NCBI GenBank assembly: GCA_964016885.1
Contig: OZ024740.1
Coordinates: 60,946,001-61,010,000 of the forward strand
DNA from: Eledone cirrhosa
Taxonomy: Eukaryota
Direction: 5' to 3'
Length of the DNA: 64,000 bases
Each line of letters begins with the position of its first letter. Positions within the stretch are counted from its first letter, which is position 1. A model generated the notes under the pieces. That model saw only the letters and a program-made list of their open reading frames with translations, was not told where the DNA came from and made no database searches. The position numbers and the translations under genes are program-made. Below are positions 51,217 to 64,000 of this stretch, piece after piece.

Positions 51217-51493
51217 CAATATCGGTTTCAACACACGTTTTCAGATAAAGAATCTTGCTAAACAAATTCAGAAACGAAATATATATGAATCATGTTATTT
51301 TTATTGTTTATTCTAACATTCCCCCACCAAAACACTGCTGTTGGTTGATATTAGATATTATAAGCACATATTTAAGACGAAAAACCAGCAACAATTCCAC
51401 TAATAGGATTAAAACCTTATAGTCTTCACATGCTCAGTGACCGGATTTAGACTCCGCAAAGCAGCTGGCATTTCGTCATTTAAAATCAGTCCG

Positions 51494-51535
<42 letters not shown>

Positions 51536-51974
51536 ACGCATGACAACACAACCCGAGATCAGTTTCACAATTGCCACTGACCAATGAAAGAAAGTTAACC
51601 AGGAATCTTAATCTCTCCACCGAAGTTAACAAAGATCTTACTAGATCTATAAAATTAAATTTTATTCTATAAGCTGGTTTAATAAATTGTGAAGCAAACA
51701 GTTCAAACTTGAAACAAACCCAAACATCATGTAGATGATTATTAAAGGCTGATGAGCTTGGGAATGTGGTTGATTTAAAAAAAAAAATTATTTGTAAAGA
51801 ATATAGTATTAATTGTCCAATAATATTGTATCCAAGATGAGTGATTTCACCATCTATCTCTTTACCTCAATATTTTCTGTCTGTTTCGTTTTGTTACTGC
51901 TGGTCCAAGTTGGTTCTGATTGAGCAGATCTATTACCAAAATCATTAAAACTGTGACCAACCATCCTAAGCCAG

Positions 51975-52840
51975 TCAGAATGGGATGAAAAAGTTCAGAG
52001 AGCTTATACCGCTGTCGGCCACAAAAGGTTTCTCTCTAAAAATGAAAGGCAGATTGTATGATGCCTGTATATGAACAGCAATGTTACATGGCAGTGAGAC
52101 ATGGGCATTGTGTGCAGAGGACCTGCGCAGACTGGAAAGGAACAAAGCATGCATGCTCCGTTGGATCTGTAATAGTAATATACGTGAACGGCAAAACATA
52201 AATGAACTAAGTGAGAAATTAGGAATAAGAGGGATCAGATGCTGTTTACTTGAGAGAAGACTACGTTGGTATGGTCACGTGATGCGCATGAAAGATGACA
52301 GCTGTATAAAAAAGTGCAGGCGATCAAAATTGATGGAAGTTATGGAGTAGGTAGACCCAGAAAAACCTGGGACGATTTGATAAATTCCGACCTTACACCT
52401 CTCTAAGACAATGTCACTGGACTGATATCTTTCGCGCCATGCAGTAATACAGAAGACCCGCCTTGCCTATGTACAAAGCGAAACCTACTCAGTAGGCACC
52501 TCTTAACCAAATATACACCCCAACTCCCACTCCCACCAACACCACTCTTTCTCTGTAAAGTTGGTACCACAACATCCAGTCCAAACTAATGAGATCGTGT
52601 AGGTGTCACGACAAAAAAAAAGTACTCCACGCTGTAATGTGGCCGTGTAGGTAACACGCTAAAAAGTTCTGTCCTCACTGTAAACATGGTTGGTGTTAGG
52701 AAGGGCATCCAGCCGTAGAAAACCTGCCAGATAGTCCTATATGAGCGAGACACGGTCACCCGACCAATCTTGCATCAAGTGGGACCATTCCCGTCTAAAT
52801 CCATGCTAGCATGGAAGATAGACGTTAAATGATGATGATT
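51975..52840 (+). mobile_element. Shorter copy of the 39027-40997 RTE family
   Basis: MLHGSETWALCAED..RRLRWYGHVMRM and the same 3' UTR and (GAT)n tail. Confidence 0.92.
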
Positions 52841-53617
52841 ATACAAGCTCCTTTTTTTTTTTTTTTAAATTGGGTGTGATTTGAGGAAAATGTGGCTGTT
52901 ATTTCTAGCAGGTGAAATGACTATACAGGTTTTCTTGTCTTATAAACAATTCTGTTAAAGATTCTAAAATAAAATAATTCACCTTAATAGATTATCATTA
53001 GAATCTAGGCAAAAATACTGTATTGAATTGCCTTATGAATTATCAAAGTATTGGGAATGTTTGAATTTTGAAAATGTGAACTCTAAATTATAAATAATAG
53101 AATAAATGGACTGAGGTAACTATTTATTAAAATGTTAAATAACTACTCTTCTTGAGGTATCTTGCTTTTTCTAATGGCTAGAATATATGCAGCTCAACAC
53201 CTGCGCTCATTGATACAGGGACACAACCCCATTTGTGGAAACAGTACACAGTTTGGTCCCTTGAAAAGCTTATTTTCACTTCATTCCAAAATTAGGCAAG
53301 CGCCTTCTATAACCTTAGGCTGAACAGTGACAATGTGAAAGAATTTGGGAGACAAACCGGAAAAGAAGCCCATCACGTTTGTGTGTGTGTATATATTACA
53401 AACACGTGTGCATGTTTGTCTCGATTTAGGCAGCCAGCGTCTTCGTCCTGGAGCTCATTGTAGTTCTGTACATGAAGTTCAATGGAACAAGTACCTCACA
53501 TAAAAAAGAATGGGTTTAGCCACAGAAAAACCACGATGGTGATACTTTGTATATAAATGAGTATAAGCTGAACAATTGGATAAAAAAAAGTATAATAGGA
53601 ATAGAAAAAATTATTTA

Positions 53618-53910
53618 TTACACTTTATATGAATGTGTGATACAATAAATTAGTGCAGCAAATTTATTGTCATTTTTAAAAAGAGACCGCCAAATAATTT
53701 CAGATAAGAGAGACTGAAATATAGCTTTGTCACTTGATACATGTTTTCGTCGCATTTTACCCTTCACTCTAAGCCACATCCGGTCAATATCACTGGTCTG
53801 ATTGTCTGGATCTCTTTCAATTTGATTTATATAATCATGAGTATATATGCCTTGTTGGATTTTGCTTATTTCAAGAAATTCAGCCCAGAGACCAGACACG
53901 ATATGGGTTC
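53618..53910 (-). CDS. Exon 2 of Merlin/ISXO2-like transposase-derived gene
   Basis: atttcatttcag| acceptor in phase 1; THIVSGLW..IYTH..IN..QTSDIDRMW.RVK..LSEIIWR then TAA. Confidence 0.8.
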
Positions 53911-55392
53911 CTGAAATGAAATTATAGGTTTTTAAATATTTCCATGTTCTAATGTATAAGATGCACATTTTAAAATGCAAAATCTGTCTGCATCCTATAT
54001 ACTAAAGGTATGCATTTAATAATTGTTTTGTAATATAGGCACAAGGGGAAAGTCGATAAAATTGACCCAATTGCTTAACTGGGAGGATGAAAAGCAAAGT
54101 TGACCACAATGGGATTTAAACCCAGAATTTAGAAAGTCGTAACTAGATGCTGCAAAGCATTTTGTTTGATTTTCCACCAATACAGTGAATCCACTGTTCT
54201 TTTAATCATAATTTTATATTGTACACAAGTGATATAAGTATAGCTGTATAAGGTATGCATAATTTAGTTCAAGTAATTAATACAAATATTGACATTTTTT
54301 CTAAAACAAACAGCTATTTGTATAACTCCTTAACCCATTAAAAAATGACTGAATTAATGGTAATAAACATGAGTGAAAGCATTTAAAAAAATATACACAA
54401 TCAGCCAGACCAAATACCATAAGGCACCTCATCCAATACTCTAACAATTGCAGTACTCTGGGCTGATTGTTTTTCATCCTTTCGGTATTGATGAAATAAA
54501 TTAAGTTGACTCTTGTGGGATTTATACTCTGGCCACAGAGAGCTGGAACAAATATTTGAGGTTATTTTTGTCCTATGTTCTAATAACCCTGCCATACTGC
54601 TACTATTGAAGAGAAAATAAACCACTGAACTCAAGCATTGCTTCAATATTTTAGTGCTCTTGTGCAATTTAAAATTATTATAGATAACCATTCTGAAGAA
54701 AGCTGGTTGTTGTTTAGTCCCACGTCAACCTAGATTCAGTATACACATACTCAAAGGCATTTCAGCTGAGTCTCCCATCTTTTTCCAAGTATAAAAGCCC
54801 AGAACCTTTTTATCCAATGTGTTCTTTTTACTAAGACAATAAAATGTGGTTTGAGATAGAATTAGCTTCTATTTCTAGCATGTGAAGTAACAGTGTAGAG
54901 CAGGCATAAGCAGCCTTTATTGAGCAGTGGGCTGCAGTTTACCAATGACTGGCATAGAGGCTCCTTCACTAGGTTAGTTTGGGATTCAAAGTAATCAAAT
55001 AGATGAACATAAAGAATTGAAACATCAAAAATGGAAGTATGTAATAATACTTTCACCACTGAATACTGAATTTGATTTTTGATGATCTGGTATAGAGACA
55101 TAAAAGTTATGCAAGGGTGTTATAGAAAGCTAAACCAATGCCTATACAGGGCCACTCTATTTACATATATTGTATAATTTTAATATCATTAATATCATCG
55201 TTTGTCATGTACGTTACTCTCTTGTTACATACACACACACATCTACACGTAAATACAGACAACAGAAGTACATGCACACGATTCCTAGAACGCAACACTG
55301 TAATGACTGAGCAAGCAAGATAGGTGGTGAAATGCTATGTGAGAGTGTATGTGTGTGAATGTAAATGTGTTTGTGCATTTATATTTATAGAT

Positions 55393-55736
55393 GGAGGCAC
55401 ATGGCTTAGTGGTTAGAGCATTGGCCTTGCAATCGAAAGGTTGTGAATTCAATTCTCAGACCGGGTGATGTGTTGTTTCCTTGAGCAAGACACTTTATTT
55501 CACATTGCTCCAGTTTACTCAGCTGTAGAAATGAGATGATAGGGACTGAGGTCCCTATCATTCCACTGCAAAGTGGTCGTGGAGGTGCCACGGCAAAAAA
55601 GCACCCAGCACTCACTGTAAATGAGGTTGGTGTTAGGAAGGGCATCCAGCTGTAGAAACCAAGCCAGAATCAGTTCCCGTCTCACCCTTGCAAGCAGGGA
55701 AAAAGCGGACGTAAAATGAAATGATGATGATGATGA
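55393..55736 (+). mobile_element. SINE family B, full length
   Basis: Near-identical to 16059-16392. Confidence 0.9.
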
Positions 55737-55929
55737 GAGTGTGTGAATGTATGTGTTTGCGCATAACTCATACACAGAACGCTGTGTATGTAATTATTGT
55801 GTGTAAGAAGATATACATAATTGTTCGTGGAAACCACCTCATATTCACAGAATATCTTCCGCGATTTTTTATGGCTTTTTTTGTGGCAATACATCATTTT
55901 TTAAGACTAAATTATTAATAACAATATTT

Positions 55930-57346
55930 CTGCAGGAAGTTGCTACCCACTACATGCCAACACCACTTCATATGAGGTTCCCTGCACTGCAATTGTGAAA
56001 TGCACATAAGGAATCAATGATTGAGAACTATTTGCATCAAGGAATGGATGGTCAGCAAGCTGAAAATATGGCACTTTGTTTCATTAACACAATATTGATT
56101 GAAAATCGTAATAACTGCGCATTATTGCGTCTACCTCAGCCCATTGAGATGCTTCACCCTGATATTGATTCTCTTACTGAAGAGCAACAAATGACAGCTG
56201 ATGCTGTAATTGATGCTATTCAACAGAGAAGAAAAGGTGGAAAGCCTGCACATACCTGCTTCTATGCAGATGCACCTAGAGGTTGTGGCAAAACATACCT
56301 GTTCAATACACTGATTTTTCACCTCCAAATGAATAACTATCAGGTATGTTGCTGTGCTTGGACCAGCATAGCATCTACACTGTTGCTGGGAGGTAGAACT
56401 GCACAATTTATTCAAACTACCTGTTTCACTAACAGAGACCAGTGTATATAATGTGTATGGCTCATCTGACCATGTCCATTACTTAGGGAACCTGGATCTC
56501 ATAATACTAGACGAGGCTTCTATGATTCCTTCCTATGCAATTTATAAGTGCCTTCAAGACATCACTAGTGTCAATGAAGTGTTTAGAGGTGACTTCAGGC
56601 AACTGCTGCCAATATTACCAAGGAGTATCTGTGAAGCCACATTAGAAATATGCCTTAAAAACTCGCATCTGTGGCACTTCTTTCAACATTTTAGATAAAG
56701 CAATAATGTCAGAGTGAGAGAAGATCAGAGAGAGTTTGCGGAGTGGCTGCTACATCCAAGTAATGGAACAACACCTCCAATTCAAGGACTGAATATGAAT
56801 GAAGATGATGTTGAAGTGCCTCCATTATCATGTGTAAATGACTGTTTAGTGAAACACATTTTCAGCGATACAACTCAACAAGAGAAAAGAACGTGTGTCA
56901 TTTTATTTCCCAAGAATGCTGATTGCCTATTAATCAATGAAGAGGTTCTCAGTCAACTCCCTGGTAACAGCCGTACTTATTACAGTACAGATAGAATGCT
57001 CGCTGATGAGCCTACAAAGGTGGACAGATATTCTACTGAATTTCTGAACTCACTTACACCTGGGATGCTGCTTCACAAACTCCAATTAAAAACAGAATCA
57101 TTAATAATGCTTCTACAGAATATTTCAATCCAGAACGAATTATGCAATGGCACAAGGTTAGAGGTAGTGGGAATGCATCAACATTTTATTGAGGCTTCTC
57201 ATATCAATGGTCCTTTGATAGACAGGTGTGTTTTGATCCCAAGAATGAAGTTAGCCCCCAGTGATCCCAACATCACTTTTACTTTGGAAAGAACCCAGTT
57301 TTCAACTAATCTAACTGCCAAGATTCTAGTAAAAAAAAATTCGTAG
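55930..57346 (+). pseudogene. Helitron PIF1-type helicase fragment
   Basis: DAPRGCGKTY, CAWTSIASTLL.GGRT, IILDEASM, GDFRQLLP, LCNGTRL, VLIPR; frameshifted and with stops. Confidence 0.88.
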
Positions 57347-57647
57347 GGCAAACTCTGAGGGAGGATTACCACGCATCCCTTCGTTCTCCAGAAAAGAAAG
57401 TTGATTGCCAGAATATTGGAGGTTAGATTAGTTGATAGCACAAAAAAAAAGTTTCCTACTGAAATCGAGTGGTGTGTTCTTTTATAACCCCCAACATTGT
57501 TCATTAATGATTTAGATACGCTTGTATGGGTTGGTCAGGTCTTTTCCAGCACAGTGAAAAGTGGAAAGAAGCTGTACTAGAAAAGACCCGTCCAACTCGT
57601 GCAAATCAATTTAAAACAGCGATGATGATGATGAGATCCCAAACAAG

Positions 57648-57815
57648 CAGGGCCTATGAGAGGGGGTGGTGGTGTTCAACCGGTACTTTGTTCCGGGGCC
57701 CAAGAACTAAGAACCCACTGCAACCACGTAACATCCATTTTCAGAAAAACCTTTACCTGCTTCGGGCCCCAAAGTGGTCCTGTACCGCCTTGCAAAATTT
57801 CGCTTGGAGGCCCTA
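57648..57815. mobile_element. Possible hAT MITE
   Basis: CAGGGCCT...AGGCCCTA ends; flanks CAAACAAG/CTAATAAG (6/8). Confidence 0.45.
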
Positions 57816-57873
57816 CTAATAAGAGTAAAAACAATTGATAGATGATAGTCATTTTTTCGATCTTGATCTACAG

Positions 57874-58186
57874 CAGTGGTTCCCAACCTTTTGTGCACTT
57901 TGCCCCACCTCAACATATAAACAATTGTTATCTCCCCCTTTGACATGAAAACAACAATGATCAACTGCAAAGTGTAAACAAATTGGTGTATAAGTGGTGC
58001 CAAATGCATAACATATGGAGGAGGTGAGATAGTAGTTTCTGACAGTAATGTGCACCAAAGTTGCCTTGGTGTAAAAATAATAAAGTAAAACCTGAGGTTT
58101 GTTCACATTAAGATCATTTTCAAATGGCCCACCTTAAATATTCAAACCGCCCCCCTGTGTGGTGTGCTCCACGTTGGGAATCACTG
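57874..58186. mobile_element. hAT (Charlie-like) MITE
   Basis: TIRs CAGTGGTTCCCAAC / GTTGGGAATCACTG; 8-bp TSD ATCTACAG. Confidence 0.9.
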
Positions 58187-58524
58187 ATCTACAGGGAAAA
58201 ACATAAATTTGGTATGTTTACATGTCTTTATAATAAATGTGCTGCGCGTATTAATATACCACACGTTTAATCAGGTACATATACAAGTATAGCAGGTCGT
58301 ATATATATACAGGTACAGCAGGTCGTTGGAACACAAGTAAAACTTTAAGAATTATATTTTTGCTGCAGCGTATATACAGGGCCGGACTAAAGCCTTTAGA
58401 GACACTAAGCACTAAAAACATTGTGGTAGACCACCTTTTCATGGGCCCTTGTTCAGTTACAACGTTGCACCAGAACTACCCCATCGTCTCAAAATTCAAT
58501 GTGGATTTAAAATATGCTTTAAAC

Positions 58525-58843
58525 CAGAGGTATGCAACATATTCCATTGGCGGGCCACTTTTGAACATTGGAACAACTATTAGGGCCATTAATATTTATT
58601 AAGAACTATTCTAAAGATTCACCACAACTTCTTTCCATAACATGAAACTGGGAAATTATAACACACATAACCCTATCAGTGAATCCCTTCAGTATAGGTC
58701 AACTAATAGAATATTATATTAGGGTTTCGAAAAGAATTCTAAATAAGACTACAAGGTAAAAATTAAAAACCGTCATCGTGGGCCACTCTGACTGGTCTGG
58801 CGGGCCGGATTGTGGCCCACGGGCCGCCTGTTGCACGCCCCTG
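58525..58843. mobile_element. hAT (Charlie/MER30-like) MITE
   Basis: CAGAGGTATGCAAC / GTTGCACGCCCCTG; TSD CTTTAAAC/CTTTAGAC. Confidence 0.8.
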
Positions 58844-58889
58844 CTTTAGACGAAATAAATGAAGGCAACATAATTTTTATTAACCCTAC

Positions 58890-59583
58890 CTGGTAAAACC
58901 CAACGGACAATTGCAGCTTCGAAAGCTTCTTTATTTCGTTCAATAGGAACCAAAAAGCATTTCTCGCTTCCTCGTTCAATTCCACCAAGCACCTTATATC
59001 CTTTTATATGCTTTTTCCCGTTAGGCTTTGGTTTAGAAATTGTGGTTACATCTATTTCAACGACTTTTGGTTTACCAGTCAGTGAATCAAACCCGCCAAT
59101 TTCAGGTGGGTTGTCACCTAATCCAGTCGGATAGTTATCTAAGACTCCTTCCAGTATTTCTCGGATATACTGGCATAGATCATCAATAATGTTTATATTT
59201 TCTTTTGTCTCGTGAGCTATTTCAGAATTTACATGCTCTCTTGACCACATATACATAAGCCATATAAAAGTTGTCAGCGAAACGTCGTTGTCTTCGAAAA
59301 TTGACCCTTTGCGGATTGATTGAGTGTGAGTGTCAGTATTACATTTCCATAACTTTCCATCAATATTTTCTTGATCAGTCAGTGTACATGGAGTGTTACA
59401 GATGGGACATTTAACAGAATTACTTATTAGTCGACGTTTTGCTAACCATGTAATTGCTACATCGTTTGCGTGAGTTTGGGGAATGAGATCAAAAAATTTC
59501 ACAGATTCTTGTCTTATTTCTTTGTCAGTCATAATATCAGTGCATATTGTTGTTGAGTCTGCTTGTTCCGTAGGATCAACCAT
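58890..59583 (-). CDS. Exon 1 of Merlin/ISXO2-like transposase-derived gene
   Basis: ATG at 59583; CPIC..WKC..SIRKGSIFE zinc-ribbon region, IGG..VVEID, VLGGIERGS.KCFLVP; donor CCAG|GTAGGG. Confidence 0.82.
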
Positions 59584-60039
59584 TTTTTTTTTTAATCCAA
59601 GTTTTATGAAACAAGGAATGACAGAAATGTAAAACAAAAGCAGCGTGTTTATATCAAACTTTTTGACTGCGTGTTAGTTTCGTATAGATTACAGACAGTG
59701 CTTGTTATATTAATAGCGTTTAAAAGCAGGATATTAGTTTCGTATTTATTTCACCAAATTTCATTACAAATATTGTATATTTTTCTCAATTAGAAAATTG
59801 ATAAAGTTTATATTCGTATAATTTGTCAATATGTTATCGTAAACATGTCCCATTGATACATTTTATCAACGTTCTCTGTCTTTCTCTTCCTATCTCCCTC
59901 TGTCAATATGCGTGTCACCCTGCCTCTCTGTCTAACCAACCAGTCAACCGTCTCTCTCACCATCCTTTGTGGAAACGCCTTCTCTATTCTGTCCGCCGAT
60001 GCCGAGGGGCAGCCAGCACGTGGATCCCCATTTGCTCAT

Positions 60040-60208
60040 AATAATTGTTTCTACATTTTGGGACAAGGCCAGCAACTATCATCAACTCCGTAAGGATGAA
60101 ATGCAAAGTTAACCACGGTAGGATTTGAACTCAGATCATAAAGAGGCGTAACTCTATGCTGCAATGCATGGCGTCCGACCCTCTACAGATACTGTTAAAC
60201 TACCGCCC
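60040..60208 (-). mobile_element. SINE family A
   Basis: TSD TTTGCTCATA(A/G)TAAT. Confidence 0.85.
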
Positions 60209-60529
60209 TTTGCTCATAGTAATGAGAGATTGGGAGAGCGGGAAAGACGGAGGCGGTGACAGTGAGAGTTTGGTTTCATTGTGTTCGGACCTGGTGTGTA
60301 TGTATTTATGTACCACACCACATTAACTGTAAATATAAACGAGATGGATACAATTACAGTGGTATTTAAAAAATTAACACATCTACACATACCAACCATT
60401 CATCCATCGTCCATCCCTCTATCTATCTATTCCTTGGGATGGACACATGTAAAAACTTGCTCGGTAAGTTTTGTTCAAATTTCTTTAGAAATTCGTCATT
60501 CTGAACTTTCACTTTTACTCCAATTTTGT

Positions 60530-62178
60530 AGAGGGACGCTGGACTGGACGGAAGGACCGGTGAAATTGCTCGGGATCTGGTTTTGGTCCAGACCACCAGG
60601 TGCACAAAAACTGGAACGAGGTTACGGCGAAGTTATTTGCCGAAGTGGGCTGAGTGCAAACTCTCCTTAAAAGGTCAAGCGGAGGTGGCGAACACTTACA
60701 TAGCGTCCGACATCTACTACCGCTTGACAGTCGTGCCTTGTCTCCGCGATTACCTCACCAAAATAGAGCGTCTACTCTTCATTGGTGAGGAGATCCATCT
60801 GCTGCCAACACCCTTTTAACTGAGGACTGGTCATGCTGTGGCTGATGATGCGCAAACAAGCGCCGAGGCTACGCCATCTCCAGGAGTTCCTGACCAGTGA
60901 ACAGGTGTGGTTGTCGTTTGTGAGACAAGCTTTTCCACAACTTGTCTCGCTAACAGAGCTACAGTCCTGGGCCAAGTGAAGACCGAAAATGGGCGCCTGG
61001 CTCACAGCCCTCTACCAAGCAGAAACGGCAATCAGCGGAGACTCCACATCGACATTCTATAGGGGATTAGTGGAGGATAAGCGCGACGACGTTCTTGGGG
61101 AGACTCTAGGCATCGAGGAGGATGAAGTGGCCAGTCTGTTTGAGAGGACTTTCCGTCCAGGACCTATGGATAAAATCTCCGGCCTGGCTGTGCTACCGAG
61201 GAGCTCTACCAGTTTGAGACAAAATCTACAGGCACGGACGCCCTGGCAGGGATCCTGCCAAAAGGACCTGTTCAAGATGTGAGCAGGACATTGAAACCGT
61301 TCTGCACGCAATTGTTCAGTGCCCAGGGGTGACCGACCTGTGGAATTGTGTCGAACAGCTACTGTCACGTGTGGGACGCATCCAGTTGTCAGCCGAGTCC
61401 ATCGTGAGGATCACCTCGCCGCCTTCATTTAAGAACGAAGGAGAGGCGGTTTTCCTCTGTCTGGTGGCTATGGCGAAAGAGGTAATATGGCGGACGAGGT
61501 TAAAAAGACTGAGGGCAAACACCTTCCTCTCCGGACAAAAACTCATCCCCTTCTTTAAATACCACTTCAGAAGGAAGGTGAGAGTGGAGAGAGAGGTGCT
61601 ACACCCCAGTAAATTCGCTGGGTGAATGTATCGAAAATGGCCCGAGTGAATGGGCCTTCTCTGTAAAAAAGAGGGAAGATGGGAACACATACAAAATGTG
61701 CTCCTGGTGTTGAGGGTTATTCTATCTACGGGGTGTAAAACAACTACGCAGTAACGTTCCTCTCTATTGGGGATTTTGATTGTTAATTTTTTAATATATA
61801 GTTTATTGTTATTTATTAATGTTAAAGTCAGGGCGAATTTAGATTTGGTGAGGCCCTAAGCTATTTGAGATAATGGAGCTCTTTATATGTTATAAAAAAA
61901 TGTTATAAAAACTGCAAAACGTTCAATATTAAAGCAGAAAACTGTTTAAAACTATTGCAATATTTTAGTTCTTTTTTATCTTATATTTTGGAAATGTACA
62001 CACCGTTTTTTTCAATTTTTTTCGGGGCCCCAAGAAAGTGGGGGCCCTAAGCTATAGCTTGTTTAACTTATACGTAAATCCCACTCTGGTTAAAGTTGAT
62101 ACAATTTCATGTAAAAACCCCGTCATCACGTCTTGTAATGTCTTATTTCTTGTACGCCCTTGTGACAAATAAAGAAAC
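60530..62178 (+). mobile_element. 5'-truncated L1/Tx1-like LINE (ORF2 C-terminus and 3' UTR)
   Basis: VKLLGIWF, W...KLSLKGQA..AN..I, ETVLHA..QC, AKEVIW.TR; AATAAA at 62168; many frameshifts. Confidence 0.75.
61829..62088. mobile_element. hAT (Tip100-like) MITE nested in the LINE 3' UTR
   Basis: CAGGGCGAATTTA / TAAATCCCACTCTG; 8-bp TSD GTTAAAGT. Confidence 0.85.
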
Positions 62179-62214
62179 ATATCTATCTATCTACCTACAT
62201 ATCTATATATGTTT

Positions 62215-64000
62215 AACGAGATCTAGTTGTCGTCTGTTCGATAGCGTAGACGTAATTCACTTCGCGCAGAAGTTTTGTTCCAATTTATTGCGGAAATTTT
62301 GTAAGTTTAATTTTAATTTTGATACTATTGTGTAGCTTGACCCCCCCCCCCCCCGTCTGAACTGTCAGGCGGTGGGTCAGCTCATTTTCGCCCCTCCCAG
62401 GGGTGAAAAACCTGTTTTTTTAAATTTTGTTGCATAAAATTTCAATCGTCTGGGAGAAATGTTAAACGAAGCTAACGAAAATAGTGGTGGGGGGACAGCG
62501 GTAAGAGTTGTAAGCTCGCACGCTTTAGTCCCCCCCCCCCTTCCTTCCCAACTAACGTCATAGAGAAGGAAAGAAAAAATAAAAGAAAAACAGACGAATG
62601 TGCGGAGAAAAATGTCGACGAGGACACAAATCTGGAGATTGATTCCAACAACAAAAAAAATATGAAAGAATTGCATGACAATATTAATACCACAAACAAA
62701 GAAACAACAAACACAAAAATAACATTTGAAAACAGCAACATCATAACAGAAAGCAAAACAGACGACAAAGTTAACACCAATAACATCTCATTTGCACAAA
62801 CAACAAAAAAATCTTTAACATACATACCTGAAAATATTTCAGATGTGGCACAAAGAATAAAAAACGCCAAACAATTCATAACTCAAGGGGAAAATGGAGC
62901 CTTGTCAGTAAAAATGCCCCAAGAACTCACCAAAGATATTGAAAGTCGGACGGTCGTTTTCCGCACCATCAACAGCATCTCAAAAAACCCACAACAACCA
63001 ACACAAGCAGAAACTAAAGCGGTACTTAGAGAAGTACTTAATGAAGCCACTTTCATAAGAAGAGACAGGCTGTATGGAAGCCTAGCCATTATTATGAAGA
63101 ACGAATCGACGGCAAAAAAATATGCTTTGTCGCCGATTCGTTCGACAAATTTTACCTTTTATCCATCTTATATGGGTAAAAGAACTCAGCGCATATGGCT
63201 GGATGCGATGATGCTAGATATGGACTACTGCTGGCTCATAGCTGGCTTCATCGATCCAGCGAATGACAACGTGATTTCCATTGGGAAAACCACAGGCAAT
63301 GCGTTCAGTGGAACAGGTATAGAACTTGTAGTGTAAATGAAGCCTGAACGCATTGCCCACATACCCGACAGAATCCTATTAGAGGGCCACGGGTATATAA
63401 ACATTAGCGTGGAGGGGAGAAGGCCGTCCTGTCATATCTGTGCAGGTAGAGGGCACCTGAAGGCGGCTTGTCCCCAACTCAACAAGAAGAAAACCCTGCT
63501 ACCAACACCAGCTCCACCACCACCACAACAGATAAACAAACAACAAAACTCAGTCCCACCCAACCCGTCCCTCAGTAAAACTACACCACCACCACAGCAC
63601 AAACAGACACAACATATTACCCCAAAACAAAACACAGTCCCACCCAACCCCTCACTCAATAAAACAACACAACCACCGCAGCCACAACACACAACACAGT
63701 CTAACATAGTGACATCCATCTCCCCCACAAAGAAAACTAACACGGAAACATTACCAGCAAACATACCTCTTCCCTCCAACACTGAAGATAACCCAACGAA
63801 TTCGGAGGAAGAAACGGGGTCCTTCAGACAGATTAAAAGGAAAAAAAGAAAACATGTGCAAAACACACAAGGTCAAACAGCCCCTACCCAAATGTCAACA
63901 CAATCCAACAAAACACAAAACACCCCTCCAGCAACAAACAAAACCAAACCTACTCCTCCCCTCTTCGAAACACTCACACCATCCGAAAAAAAGACATTAC
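62215..64000 (+). mobile_element. 5' end and ORF1 of an L1/Tx1-like LINE, running off the window
   Basis: ORF 62662-63336 continues in frame past a TAA to VEGRRPSCHICAGRGHLKAAC (CCHC knuckle) and a Pro/Thr-rich tail. Confidence 0.72.

Noticed and set aside
55930-57346. Cellular PIF1 gene
   Set aside because: Intronless, frameshifted, Walker A degenerate, and motifs are Helitron-type.
53618-59637. Bacterial IS1595 contamination or recent horizontal transfer
   Set aside because: The ORF is split by a spliceosomal intron filled with host-type SINEs and MITEs.

Overview
AT-rich, repeat-dense eukaryotic (animal) DNA. The SINE/RTE repertoire suggests an octopod cephalopod, which is an inference. 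Contents: (1) a complete but decayed Ty3/Gypsy (Mag-like) LTR retrotransposon at 58-6577 with CCATC target-site duplications (TSDs); its leader carries a ~74-copy 22-bp tandem array amplified from the primer-binding site (PBS). (2) The 3' nine coding exons of a TERB1-like meiotic telomere gene (+, 18256-47566) that ends in two tandem Myb domains. (3) A convergent two-exon gene (-, 59583-53618) encoding an intact ~328-aa Merlin/ISXO2-like transposase with a 5-kb TE-filled intron and a degenerate DDE triad, a candidate domesticated transposase. (4) A Naiad-type Penelope-like element forming a ~1.06-kb-arm inverted repeat with a minimal hammerhead ribozyme. (5) Many decayed RTE, CR1, L1/Tx1, CRE, Helitron, piggyBac and hAT elements, plus two tRNA-derived SINE families. 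All calls are by eye without database searches; boundaries of decayed elements are approximate.
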